A stretch of 62,673 bases of DNA, from the IMG/VR virus record IMGVR_UViG_3300006751_000010, positions 1 through 62,673 of that record. One strand, given 5' to 3'. Origin of the DNA: a virus. Its lineage: Duplodnaviria > Caudoviricetes. The notes beneath the pieces were generated by a model. It worked only from the letters and a program-made list of their open reading frames with translations. It was not told the origin of the DNA and made no database searches. Of the stretch, positions 10,212 to 19,061 are shown one piece after another (position 1 is the first letter of the stretch; every line of letters starts with the position of its first letter). Both the position numbers and the translations under genes were made by a program.

Positions 10212-11462
10212 TTATAATTTAAAAAATTCGTTAAACTTATTTGCGTCTGTAGTAGAAATACTATCTCCTCCAAACTTTTTATATGTCTTTTTATATGTTG
10301 CGTATACATTTAATGCATTATCTGGATCTGCAAACATTTCATGTAATGATAAAATTACATTGAATAATTGAGTGGGTATTGCAGTTTCTAATAATTCTAC
10401 ATGACTATCAACCATTTGATTGATTTCTTCTGCTATTTTTACATATAGATGAGTATTATGTATAACCATTCTAGGCATACCTTCTTGAGAATATCTATCT
10501 AACCCTGTTGATGTCTGTCCTCCCAAATAATCATATGTAAAATCTTTACATGCCGGGCAATCTAAACTACAAGGAACATGTTTAGTTTTATCTATAGTTA
10601 CACTTTCTTTTCCTTGTTTAATATGAGTTTTTCTACGATATTCTGCATTTTTAGGAAAATATAATTCTGTAAATGTTTGGGTCTTATGATTTCCAGAATG
10701 TAAATATGTTCCAAATACTGGATATTGTCCTGGAGAAGATGAATCTGTTGATAATTGTACTCGTCCATTTGTATATTCATTTAATAACTTCTGTAATGTC
10801 GATAATATATAAAAGTCTGATATTTTACTTATTCCTAATAAATGAATAAATTGTACATGTTTCTTTTCAAATTCTCTTTCTTTTAACATTAATGCAACAA
10901 CATACATAAAGTCTACTAATTTTTTAGGACCTCCAATACACCAGCCATTAAAATCAAAATCTTTAAATTTATGATACCATTCATGATATTCTTCACTATA
11001 TGTACCTTGAATAACATTTAAAAATTTAGTTTTTCCACTTTGATGTTTTTCAAACCATTTAAAATTATCAAAACTAATGTTCATAGAATCATTAAATCTA
11101 TTTTCATATGTAGCTCTAGGTGGTATATCTAAATTAGCTGCTACATCTGAGTTAGCTTCAAGCCAATGAAATATTTTTTCTCGTATTGTAGTATCCCATT
11201 TTAAAGCACCAGTTGCTATTTGAAATCCGCCACTATCTCCAAATACAAATACATCATCTTCTAATCCTATTTGTTGCCGGAAATCCATTTTTTTATAATG
11301 ATGACCTGCTGTAATTAAAAAATAAGGATGTCTCCAATCTGCAGGATATTCTGAAGAAAAGAATCTTGTTGTAGTTCCGTCTTCAAATTTAGTATTCTTT
11401 TTAAAAGCAGATACCATTGATCCTGCAGATAACGAAGGAAAATATATAAAATTTTTATCCAT
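10212..11462 (-). CDS. dpdA: DpdA-like 7-deazaguanine DNA transglycosylase (TGT fold)
   Basis: TGT motifs GDSGGFQ, LDIPP, VIQG, GWCIGG, HLLG, DSSS and Zn site CSLDCPAC...HN; folE/queD/queE nearby. Likely start MDKNF at 11462 (TAATG overlap). A DNA rather than tRNA target is inferred from context. Confidence 0.8.
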   Translation of the reverse strand: MDKNFIYFPSLSAGSMVSAFKKNTKFEDGTTTRFFSSEYPADWRHPYFLITAGHHYKKMDFRQQIGLEDDVFVFGDSGGFQIATGALKWDTTIREKIFHWLEANSDVAANLDIPPRATYENRFNDSMNISFDNFKWFEKHQSGKTKFLNVIQGTYSEEYHEWYHKFKDFDFNGWCIGGPKKLVDFMYVVALMLKEREFEKKHVQFIHLLGISKISDFYILSTLQKLLNEYTNGRVQLSTDSSSPGQYPVFGTYLHSGNHKTQTFTELYFPKNAEYRRKTHIKQGKESVTIDKTKHVPCSLDCPACKDFTYDYLGGQTSTGLDRYSQEGMPRMVIHNTHLYVKIAEEINQMVDSHVELLETAIPTQLFNVILSLHEMFADPDNALNVYATYKKTYKKFGGDSISTTDANKFNEFFKL

Positions 11463-11647
11463 TACTCTATAATTTCCCATTGACTTTTTGGATTTTCTAT
11501 TTTTTGTATATTATTTAATATAAAAGTAACTATTTCTGCTACATCTTTTTTTAGATATCCTTTTTTATCTAATTTATTTGCTAAACCAATTAATGGTGTT
11601 TCGATAGTATTTTTTATTTCTTCGATTCCTTGTTGATTAATTTTCAT
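11462..11647 (-). CDS. hypothetical protein (61 aa)
   Basis: SD-like AAGGA upstream; its stop overlaps the dpdA start. Confidence 0.55.
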   Translation of the reverse strand: MKINQQGIEEIKNTIETPLIGLANKLDKKGYLKKDVAEIVTFILNNIQKIENPKSQWEIIE

Positions 11648-11656
11648 AATTATTCC

Positions 11657-12820
11657 TTATTTTTTATTTAAAAGTCGTTTACAATATTCTGATTCATGCC
11701 ATATATTTATTTCATGATCAATTCCATTTGTTACTATATGACCTTCCATTTGTCGTCCTAAATCACTTAAATATGTTATATTATAAGCTGGGTCTGTTTT
11801 TGTCATAACTTCTCGTAATCTAATAACTGCTGAATTAACATTAAATGCAGTATATAATCGATCAGGTGGTATAAATTCTGGAAATGATCTAAAATTTGGA
11901 TATACTAAATCACAACCAAATGTCGTTGCTTCTAACACCGTCCAAGAAACATAATCTTGAAGAGCACAATTAAATTGTATTCTGGCACTTGCTAATTCAG
12001 TATAATATTCTTCTTTAGTAAGATTATTTAATAATTTAAATCTAGGTTGTCTTTGAGCTAATTCTTCCATTGCATCTATAACTCCAGGCATCATTGATTT
12101 AAATTCTTTACCGGATGTAGTGACGTGCCATTCTGCAGAAGGTAATTTTTTTAAAAATTGTTCTGCAACTGACAACATAAAAAATGGATTCTTTTCTTTG
12201 TCTAATCTGCTAGAATATATAACATTACATGGTTTCCTTTCCGGTAATATATCTTTTAATTTAGCTTCTGTTAATTCTTTATGTATTGGTAATGACACTA
12301 CGTGAATTGGAGCTTCAAAACCAGCTTGTCTTAATTGTTCTTTGTGTATAGTGCTACCAACAAATATACCGGTCATTCTTTTATCGAGTCCTAATTCAAA
12401 TCCTCTCATCCAATGTCTCATAGGGTATGTAAAATCATATTCATCTACACTTTGTGCGTGAAGCATTGCATATATTTCAATTGAAATACCGTATAAATCT
12501 AATGCATATAATATAGACTCAATTCCAGGATGCCAATAATCTTGCAAAAATATAACATCGCCATTTTTAACCATATCTTTATTAAGCATATCCAGAAAAT
12601 TGCTACATTGACTCATAGCAAACTTTCCTCTACCTACTGCATCTAATACAGCTCCTACTTTAATTTGCTGATCAGGGTCAAACTCCCCCTCCACATCTAT
12701 AAATTTAATTTTACCAGCATCAACATAAGGTTGAAATGTAGCTGGCATCCATTCTTTAGATAACTGATAAGTATATCTTGCCTTTAATGGCTCTAATCCA
12801 AAATAAAATATGTTTTTCAT
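11657..12820 (-). CDS. GT-B (GT4-like) glycosyltransferase within the deazaguanine operon
   Basis: SSRLDKEKNP, 'LQDYVSWTVLEA', 'YPNFRSFPE'. Likely start MKNIF at 12820, overlapping the dpdL-like stop (ATGA). Confidence 0.75.
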   Translation of the reverse strand: MKNIFYFGLEPLKARYTYQLSKEWMPATFQPYVDAGKIKFIDVEGEFDPDQQIKVGAVLDAVGRGKFAMSQCSNFLDMLNKDMVKNGDVIFLQDYWHPGIESILYALDLYGISIEIYAMLHAQSVDEYDFTYPMRHWMRGFELGLDKRMTGIFVGSTIHKEQLRQAGFEAPIHVVSLPIHKELTEAKLKDILPERKPCNVIYSSRLDKEKNPFFMLSVAEQFLKKLPSAEWHVTTSGKEFKSMMPGVIDAMEELAQRQPRFKLLNNLTKEEYYTELASARIQFNCALQDYVSWTVLEATTFGCDLVYPNFRSFPEFIPPDRLYTAFNVNSAVIRLREVMTKTDPAYNITYLSDLGRQMEGHIVTNGIDHEINIWHESEYCKRLLNKK

Positions 12821-13161
12821 CTTTCTACTATTGCACCATTTTCCCAATCTTCCCATACTTCAACTTTGTATAAGTAACCAGGATTATTATTTAATAACCA
12901 CTCTCCAATATCCTCACAACTCATTCGACCAAACTTTAATATATTACCACCAAAATTTGTTCTTAATTGTTTTTTTATTCTTCTTTGCATTAAAATAAAT
13001 TCTTCATCTCTATCTGTGTGACTTACTGAAGCATAACAACGAAATCCAAATTGATGTCGATGATTGTCAGATAAAAATGCTACTTCTGGAAATTCTTCTT
13101 TAGCTTCTGGCCAGCAATGAAATCCTTCTATGCTAAATGATACTACTACTGAATATTTCAT
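12817..13161 (-). CDS. dpdL: QueD-paralog T-fold protein, DpdL-like (putative CDG decarboxylase)
   Basis: H.W..A, LSDNHRHQF (LxxxHRHxF), SCEDIG, VWEDWENGA. It is a second QueD-like protein besides the canonical queD. Confidence 0.65.
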   Translation of the reverse strand: MKYSVVVSFSIEGFHCWPEAKEEFPEVAFLSDNHRHQFGFRCYASVSHTDRDEEFILMQRRIKKQLRTNFGGNILKFGRMSCEDIGEWLLNNNPGYLYKVEVWEDWENGAIVER

Positions 13162-13607
13162 GATTGTTCGTCAAATTTATAATTGTCAGGATTCATTTCC
13201 ATCATATTACATTTCATGATTTGATGAACACGATACCAACCAGCATCTATACTTAATGTATCGGTATCTTTTAGTTTTTGTAATGCATTATCTTGTATAC
13301 GGTATATAATATGACATCTATTAACCAAGTCAGGTGGTAGCTCATCTAAGGTATGCTTATCCGCTTCAATTGTAACTACATTATTAGTTGAATCTAATAT
13401 ATGTCTTATAGTTTCTAATTCTGGTATCATGTCATAATCAGATAAAAATATTTTATTCATATATTCAATAGTAAAATAATAATGAGGATAATCTGTAAAT
13501 GTAACATCTAAATCTTGATCTTCATTCAATGAACGAACAAACCATGTCATCATATCAGAATAACGGCCTTCTACTTCTCTACCTCGCCATTGATTCTTAC
13601 CGTACAT
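13158..13607 (-). CDS. hypothetical protein, first gene of the modification operon
   Basis: 149 aa; own promoter-like element upstream; ATGA-coupled to the dpdL-like gene. Confidence 0.6.
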   Translation of the reverse strand: MYGKNQWRGREVEGRYSDMMTWFVRSLNEDQDLDVTFTDYPHYYFTIEYMNKIFLSDYDMIPELETIRHILDSTNNVVTIEADKHTLDELPPDLVNRCHIIYRIQDNALQKLKDTDTLSIDAGWYRVHQIMKCNMMEMNPDNYKFDEQS

Positions 13608-13621
13608 ATATTTTTATTTTT

Positions 13622-13651
13622 AATATAATAATTTTATTATTAATTTCCAAA
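13622..13651 (-). promoter_or_regulatory. promoter-like TTGGAA-N17-TATATT upstream of the modification operon
   Basis: Variant of the class above. Confidence 0.4.
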
Positions 13652-16150
13652 GGAAAAGAATTTATTTACTGAATTATTTTCTGGAAATTTACCCCAATTC
13701 ATTGCAGTATAAAAATCATCTAATTTATTTTGTAACTCTCGTTGAAATGTTTTATTTCGATCTACATATGTTTCTACAAAATCAACTATTTGTTTAGGAT
13801 CTTCATAACCCCGTAATGCTATTGTATCAAACCCAAAAGGATTATTTTTAAGATAAATCCATTTAATCTTTTCTCCATTAAAAATAGGATCTATATCTTT
13901 AATATTATATTTATGCAATAAGTCATTATAATTTATTGCAGATTTTACATGTGCAGGTGTTCCTAATAGATACCCCGTAAATGGTTTTCTGTTTTTAGTA
14001 TATTTTGATATAGCTTTTACACCAGAATTTTTCATTACATTTACAACAGGTGATGTTTGTATTTGTTTTTTAAAATCATGAATCATATCCGTAGTAGCAG
14101 TTTTTCCATTTTGTTTAAGAATATGCCATAATGTTTCTTTCATTATCTTTTTAAAATCTGTAGGGAAAGACGATCTAACTACATCTAATCCTTTTATATC
14201 AATTTTATTAGTTGGCTTACCTTCTTTAAAAATAACCCACTGAGCATATCTTTTCTTTGCAATCCATACCCCAGACTTTGCAACATATTCTTGTTTAATT
14301 TGCCAACGATGAGTTTTAGTATTATGAAATACATCTGCATATTTATCATACATTATATTTACATGTTTTTGTATTTCATTTGCAACTTCATTAGTCTTTT
14401 CAATCATGAATTGTTCGTCAGTTTCATCATAATTAGGATATCGTTTTTCTATTAAAGGTAAACTAGATACAAATGTTGAATCAGTATCTGTATAAAATGA
14501 AAATTCTGCTTTATGACCAGTAGGATTAATAAAATGATCTTTGCCTACCTCTTTTGCATAATATGCATTAATTACTTTTGCTGAAAATTTAATTACGCTT
14601 TGGCCTGTTGCTGTAATGGCTCCGGCATTATCTAAATCATGAAATCTAAATGTTTTTAATCCTAATACTCCATAAAACGAATTAAGTAGTACTTTTTGTG
14701 TAAGTTGCATTGCATCATAAAATTTATATTTTTCAGATCCAACTTCATGATTATCTCTTTCTGTTTTAAATTCAACCCGCTCATCAAACCACTTTTCTAA
14801 TATAGTAGGAAGAAATCCTTTTTTGGTAGTCTGGTATACAGCTCCATTTGTTGCTATTGTATAATTATTTTCTTGTAACCATTGTTTAATATCAGGAATA
14901 TCATCATATCCCATTTTAACTGCAACAGGTTCTTTATTTAAAAGACAATGTTCATCCCAATTATTAATAACTCCTATTTTAGTTTCTGGAGATATATTTA
15001 AACTCATAATAATACTAGGATATAGAGAAGTTAAATCTAAATCATATATCCATTTATATAATCCAGGAATAGGAGGCATAACATATGCTCCAGCTAATGC
15101 GTCTTGTTTTTCTTCTTGTACAAATCTAAATTGTTTATTTGGAGCAACTAATCCGTTTCTTTTTAAATCTACTACTGCTGCACCATCTAAATATTTAGAT
15201 GCATAATATACATCTTCATATGGAACATGTCCTTTATGACATATAGTTCTAGCTAAATTTAATAATTGTAACTTTTCATCCATTTCATAAACCAAATCAA
15301 CATCTGTCATGTTATATTCAATAAACTTGTGAATATCAGTTTCAAATAATTCATTTAAATCGCCATCATATTCAATTTTACCTTTGCCTAATTCTTGTTT
15401 ACCAACTGTGTCTAATCGATAATTAGGAAGTTCTGTGTATGTAAAGTTTTTATATAATTTTATATAATCTAAACTTGATACTCCAAAGATTTTATATTGC
15501 TCTCGGTGTTTATTCCAATGAACAATTCCTGCAGGAGATAGTTTTTTTATTGCTTGAGCTCCTAATATTTTTTTAATTCTATTAAGCAGATATGGAATAT
15601 CAAATCCATCTGTATTCCACCCGGTTATAACAGTAGGAGAAATTTCACTAAAATAATTAATAAATTTAGTTAATAGATTGGCTTCATTATCAAAAACTTC
15701 AACCGTATAATTATCTCCATGTATCTTATTTTCTGATAATCGATTATCTTCATCTAATACTAATACTTTTCGATCTTTTCCTAATTTATCATGATATGCT
15801 ATCGAAGTTATTTTATTTCTAGCTTCGGTGGGCGTGGAATATCCATTTTCATCTCTTTCAACTTCTATATCAAAAAAGAAATCTCGATGTCCTGTAGATA
15901 CTAAATCAGACTCATGGTATAAATCAATAAGTGTACGAACTTCTTCATTTAAATCAGATTCATATGCATTTGGATTATCTTTATGATTGCCAGTAACACG
16001 TTTTAATTTTGTGCCATCTAATGATTGATATTTACCAGAAACATGAGGAACATATGCATAAGGTTTAAAATTAAACTTTTGATAACCTAACTCATCATCC
16101 CATACGTGTATAGTATTAGACTTTTTATCATAACCAATTGCTTGATACAT
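13640..16150 (-). CDS. family B DNA polymerase (gp43-like)
   Basis: Exo I FFDIEV, Exo II GWNTDGFDIPY, DLTSLYPS, KVLLNSFYG, YTDTDS, KKRY. Confidence 0.97.
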   Translation of the reverse strand: MYQAIGYDKKSNTIHVWDDELGYQKFNFKPYAYVPHVSGKYQSLDGTKLKRVTGNHKDNPNAYESDLNEEVRTLIDLYHESDLVSTGHRDFFFDIEVERDENGYSTPTEARNKITSIAYHDKLGKDRKVLVLDEDNRLSENKIHGDNYTVEVFDNEANLLTKFINYFSEISPTVITGWNTDGFDIPYLLNRIKKILGAQAIKKLSPAGIVHWNKHREQYKIFGVSSLDYIKLYKNFTYTELPNYRLDTVGKQELGKGKIEYDGDLNELFETDIHKFIEYNMTDVDLVYEMDEKLQLLNLARTICHKGHVPYEDVYYASKYLDGAAVVDLKRNGLVAPNKQFRFVQEEKQDALAGAYVMPPIPGLYKWIYDLDLTSLYPSIIMSLNISPETKIGVINNWDEHCLLNKEPVAVKMGYDDIPDIKQWLQENNYTIATNGAVYQTTKKGFLPTILEKWFDERVEFKTERDNHEVGSEKYKFYDAMQLTQKVLLNSFYGVLGLKTFRFHDLDNAGAITATGQSVIKFSAKVINAYYAKEVGKDHFINPTGHKAEFSFYTDTDSTFVSSLPLIEKRYPNYDETDEQFMIEKTNEVANEIQKHVNIMYDKYADVFHNTKTHRWQIKQEYVAKSGVWIAKKRYAQWVIFKEGKPTNKIDIKGLDVVRSSFPTDFKKIMKETLWHILKQNGKTATTDMIHDFKKQIQTSPVVNVMKNSGVKAISKYTKNRKPFTGYLLGTPAHVKSAINYNDLLHKYNIKDIDPIFNGEKIKWIYLKNNPFGFDTIALRGYEDPKQIVDFVETYVDRNKTFQRELQNKLDDFYTAMNWGKFPENNSVNKFFSFGN

Positions 16151-16162
16151 ATTATTTTTATA

Positions 16163-16456
16163 TTAAACTGATACTAATGCTATTTCTGATTCTCGTACTA
16201 AAAGATATGTTTTTCCATCTAAGATTACATTCTTTCCATCATGATTTTCATTTTTATGTATCATGATACTATCACCTACTTTTACGGTCATTGGAATTCT
16301 ATCCCCTGTTGCTGTAAATAAACCAGGTCCGATAGATGCTACGTTAGCAGTAATATATCCTGTTTTATTATCCATTAAAATAATTCCACTTTTTGTTTTT
16401 TCTTTAATTTCGTCTAATTCTAATAGAACTAAATCTCCAATTGGTTTCATTTTCAT
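16163..16456 (-). CDS. groES: co-chaperonin GroES
   Basis: MKPIGDLVL, KTKSGIIL mobile loop, GPG, VKVGD, LVRESEI; AAGGAG SD. Confidence 0.92.
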   Translation of the reverse strand: MKMKPIGDLVLLELDEIKEKTKSGIILMDNKTGYITANVASIGPGLFTATGDRIPMTVKVGDSIMIHKNENHDGKNVILDGKTYLLVRESEIALVSV

Positions 16457-16474
16457 TGTAACTCCTTTTATTTA

Positions 16475-17254
16475 TTAAACTCCTCGTTCTGTATTAAATG
16501 CTATGATATGATCTCGTCCTGTCATATTATATCCTTCTTCGGCACACATATAGAATACTATTGGATACATTAATATTAATTGTTTCCTTGTATCTCCTGC
16601 TGGCATTACAAATGTTTTATGTTTTGGAATATTCATCTTGACTCTAAAATCTTCTATTTCTTTTAAATTTGATACAGTACCATTCCATACAGGTTTATAG
16701 TGGTAGTCGTGGTGGTATTTTAAAGTTTGATCAATCGCTTCGTAATTCAATCTCAATCGATTATGTGTTTTAATCATTTTTTCGTCAACCACTTTACCAG
16801 TTGGCGTCTTAGCATCCAAAACGGGAATACTATTACTAAACTTAGGACTGAGACTAATAAGATTAATAGGATAATCAGTAGGTAAAAAATGTGAACCTTC
16901 AGTCTCAATAGTGATAAAAATTTCTCTTTCATTTGCAAAATGTGTTAATTCATTAACTAATGCTGGATGTATGGTTGGTGATCCTCCAGTTAACATCATC
17001 TCTTTAATATGAGGGTTTTCATCATATATTTTAATAATATCATTAAAATTAAATGTTCCTTTTTCTGGATGAATAGAAGTATACCAACTATCACACCAAC
17101 CACCTTCACCAAAATAACATCGATGGGTACATCCGGTTGTTCTAACTGCTATAGTAGGCCGGCCTAATCTACTGCCTTCGGATTGAACACATCTGTATAC
17201 TTCTAATACTGGTAATGTCTTATTATAATCTGTTATTCGTTTCAATTGTTTCAT
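16475..17254 (-). CDS. queE: 7-carboxy-7-deazaguanine synthase (radical SAM)
   Basis: QSEG..GRPT.AVRTTGC, CTHRC..CDS, LTGGSP, TIETEG, SLSPK. Confidence 0.9.
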   Translation of the reverse strand: MKQLKRITDYNKTLPVLEVYRCVQSEGSRLGRPTIAVRTTGCTHRCYFGEGGWCDSWYTSIHPEKGTFNFNDIIKIYDENPHIKEMMLTGGSPTIHPALVNELTHFANEREIFITIETEGSHFLPTDYPINLISLSPKFSNSIPVLDAKTPTGKVVDEKMIKTHNRLRLNYEAIDQTLKYHHDYHYKPVWNGTVSNLKEIEDFRVKMNIPKHKTFVMPAGDTRKQLILMYPIVFYMCAEEGYNMTGRDHIIAFNTERGV

Positions 17255-17256
17255 AG

Positions 17257-17628
17257 TTAAAAAGGAAGTTCATCATCAAAATCTATTGTTAGTTGGGTAT
17301 CATCTGCTTTTTTGGATATGGCATCTTTCAATAAAAATATTTCATTTTCTAATGCTTCTACCCGTTTACATAAAATTTTTAATTCTTTTATTTCTGGAGA
17401 ATTTTGTCTAACTATTGCAGATAAAGGTTCTGCTGGTTTGGCTTTAAAATATTCTTCAAGAAACATTCTTGGATATGTAATTACTCCTTCGTAATTTGCA
17501 TTATAATCTTTAGGTAATTCACGATATCCTGTTTTTATTTTATGTTCTTGTGAATATCTATATACATCTTTTCCGTGATCACTCTTTCTGCCTAAATATT
17601 CATATAATGATAAGTATTCTTCTGACAT
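17257..17628 (-). CDS. hypothetical protein with coiled coil and SSB-like acidic tail
   Basis: 123 aa ending in DFDDELPF. Confidence 0.6.
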   Translation of the reverse strand: MSEEYLSLYEYLGRKSDHGKDVYRYSQEHKIKTGYRELPKDYNANYEGVITYPRMFLEEYFKAKPAEPLSAIVRQNSPEIKELKILCKRVEALENEIFLLKDAISKKADDTQLTIDFDDELPF

Positions 17629-17697
17629 TGTTTTTTGTTTTTAATAATATTATAAATAATTTTTATATTTCCAATTGAAGTTGTAGTAACCCAATAA

Positions 17698-18243
17698 TTA
17701 TAGTACTCCGCCATTTTCTCTTCCATTTACAAAACCAATTATTTTTTCTGGTTCTTTTTTGTTAATTTCATAATATACTGATGAATTTTTTTCGTTCTCA
17801 AAACATTCTACTTTTACGACTTTACATCTTCCAGCATCTGTTTTAGATAGAACTTCATTAAATTTATCATAAACTAATTTAGCACAACTCTCTGCTCCCA
17901 TTTTATCTAAAAAATGAACTTTACATAAACCCATTTGAGCCATTTGTTCGAATATATCTCGATATGGATCATTTGATTGGATTAATGTTGTATGGTCCCA
18001 CATATCATTCATCCATGATTTTAAACCATTTCCCTTTGGTGCATCTTTAAATCCACCATAATCAACTATCCAATTCATATCATCTAATCCATCATTTTCA
18101 TCAAATGGCGTATTAGACTCAAACCACACTTTAAATTTTAAAGCATATCCATGTAGTAACTGACAATGTGAATGTTGTGCTTTCCATTGTCTTATTGCAA
18201 TTGAATAATTATCAAATATTTTAGTTGATTGAAATTTACCCAT
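17698..18243 (-). CDS. queD: 6-carboxy-5,6,7,8-tetrahydropterin synthase
   Basis: HCQLLHGY (CxxxHGH-like), WIVDYG, WDHT, AESCA, V.CFEN.KNS. Confidence 0.9.
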   Translation of the reverse strand: MGKFQSTKIFDNYSIAIRQWKAQHSHCQLLHGYALKFKVWFESNTPFDENDGLDDMNWIVDYGGFKDAPKGNGLKSWMNDMWDHTTLIQSNDPYRDIFEQMAQMGLCKVHFLDKMGAESCAKLVYDKFNEVLSKTDAGRCKVVKVECFENEKNSSVYYEINKKEPEKIIGFVNGRENGGVL

Positions 18244-18943
18244 TATAATAACCTTTTATAAATTCATAAAACTCTGCTCTAGTAGCAGTATCATCTTTAA
18301 ATGCTCCTGTTAGTTTAGAAGTTTTCATAGATGCTCCTCCATGTTTAACTCCTCTACACTGAACGCAATTATGAGTAGCTTCAATCATAACTGCTACTCC
18401 TTTATTATCATTAATAATAGTATTTATAGAATTATGAATAGCAACTGTTAATTGTTCTTGTATTGCTCCTCTTCTTGCAAAATGCTCTACTAATCTATTT
18501 AATTTACTTAATCCAATTACTTTACTATCTTTGCCTGGTATATATGCTACATGAACTTTACCCATAATAGTTTGATGATGATGTGAACACATCGATGTTA
18601 ATGGAATACCTCCTTCAAAAACCATGCCGTCATAACCATCACTAGGAAATGCGGTAATATCTGGAGCTTTATCATATCTACCAGCCCATAGATCATTAAC
18701 ATATGCTTTTGCTACACGGTTGGGTGTATTATTTGAATTAGGATCATTTTCCCAATCAACACCTAATGCAGTTAAAAATTCTCCATAATAATAAGCTGCA
18801 GCTTCAATAATAGAATTTTTTTCTTCTTGAGATAAATTACTATCAGATCCTTTAATTATTTGTTTATTTTCTAATTGTTTAGATATTCCATTAGCAAACC
18901 CAGCTTTTACTAATTCTAAATTTTTTCTTTGTGTCTTTGTCAT
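18236..18943 (-). CDS. folE: GTP cyclohydrolase I
   Basis: TPNRVAK, SMCSHH, GLSKLNR, IQEQLT, HNCVQCRG. Confidence 0.96.
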   Translation of the reverse strand: MTKTQRKNLELVKAGFANGISKQLENKQIIKGSDSNLSQEEKNSIIEAAAYYYGEFLTALGVDWENDPNSNNTPNRVAKAYVNDLWAGRYDKAPDITAFPSDGYDGMVFEGGIPLTSMCSHHHQTIMGKVHVAYIPGKDSKVIGLSKLNRLVEHFARRGAIQEQLTVAIHNSINTIINDNKGVAVMIEATHNCVQCRGVKHGGASMKTSKLTGAFKDDTATRAEFYEFIKGYYNG

Positions 18944-18953
18944 AACTAATTAT

Positions 18954-18982
18954 ATTATAATAAACTTTAATTTATTTTCAAA
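18954..18982 (-). promoter_or_regulatory. early/middle-type promoter TTTGAA-N17-TATAAT (folE)
   Basis: Same architecture before the helicase and SSB genes. Confidence 0.55.
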
Positions 18983-19053
18983 GTTTTTTTAGATGATTTT
19001 ATTATTGTTTTAATATATAATTGGTATATCCAATCATTATTTAAATTTTTCAT
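18967..19053 (-). CDS. possible 28-aa small protein
   Basis: MKNLNNDWIYQLYIKTIIKSSKKTLKIN* fills the nrdJ-folE gap; TAAGG upstream. Shorter than any ORF in the track. Confidence 0.3.
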   Translation of the reverse strand: MKNLNNDWIYQLYIKTIIKSSKKTLKIN

Positions 19054-19061
19054 TTAATGCC

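Noticed and set aside
17592-17726. Possible 44-aa ORF (MEEKMAEYYNYWVTTT...) bridging queD and the 123-aa gene
   Set aside because: Overlaps both neighbours, has no SD and coincides with promoter-like AT-rich sequence; unsupported.
10212-18943. Interpretation as a tRNA queuosine or folate auxiliary pathway
   Set aside because: No queC, queF, queA or folate genes in the window; the divergent TGT-fold gene is embedded among replisome genes, which fits DNA modification better. Not fully excluded.
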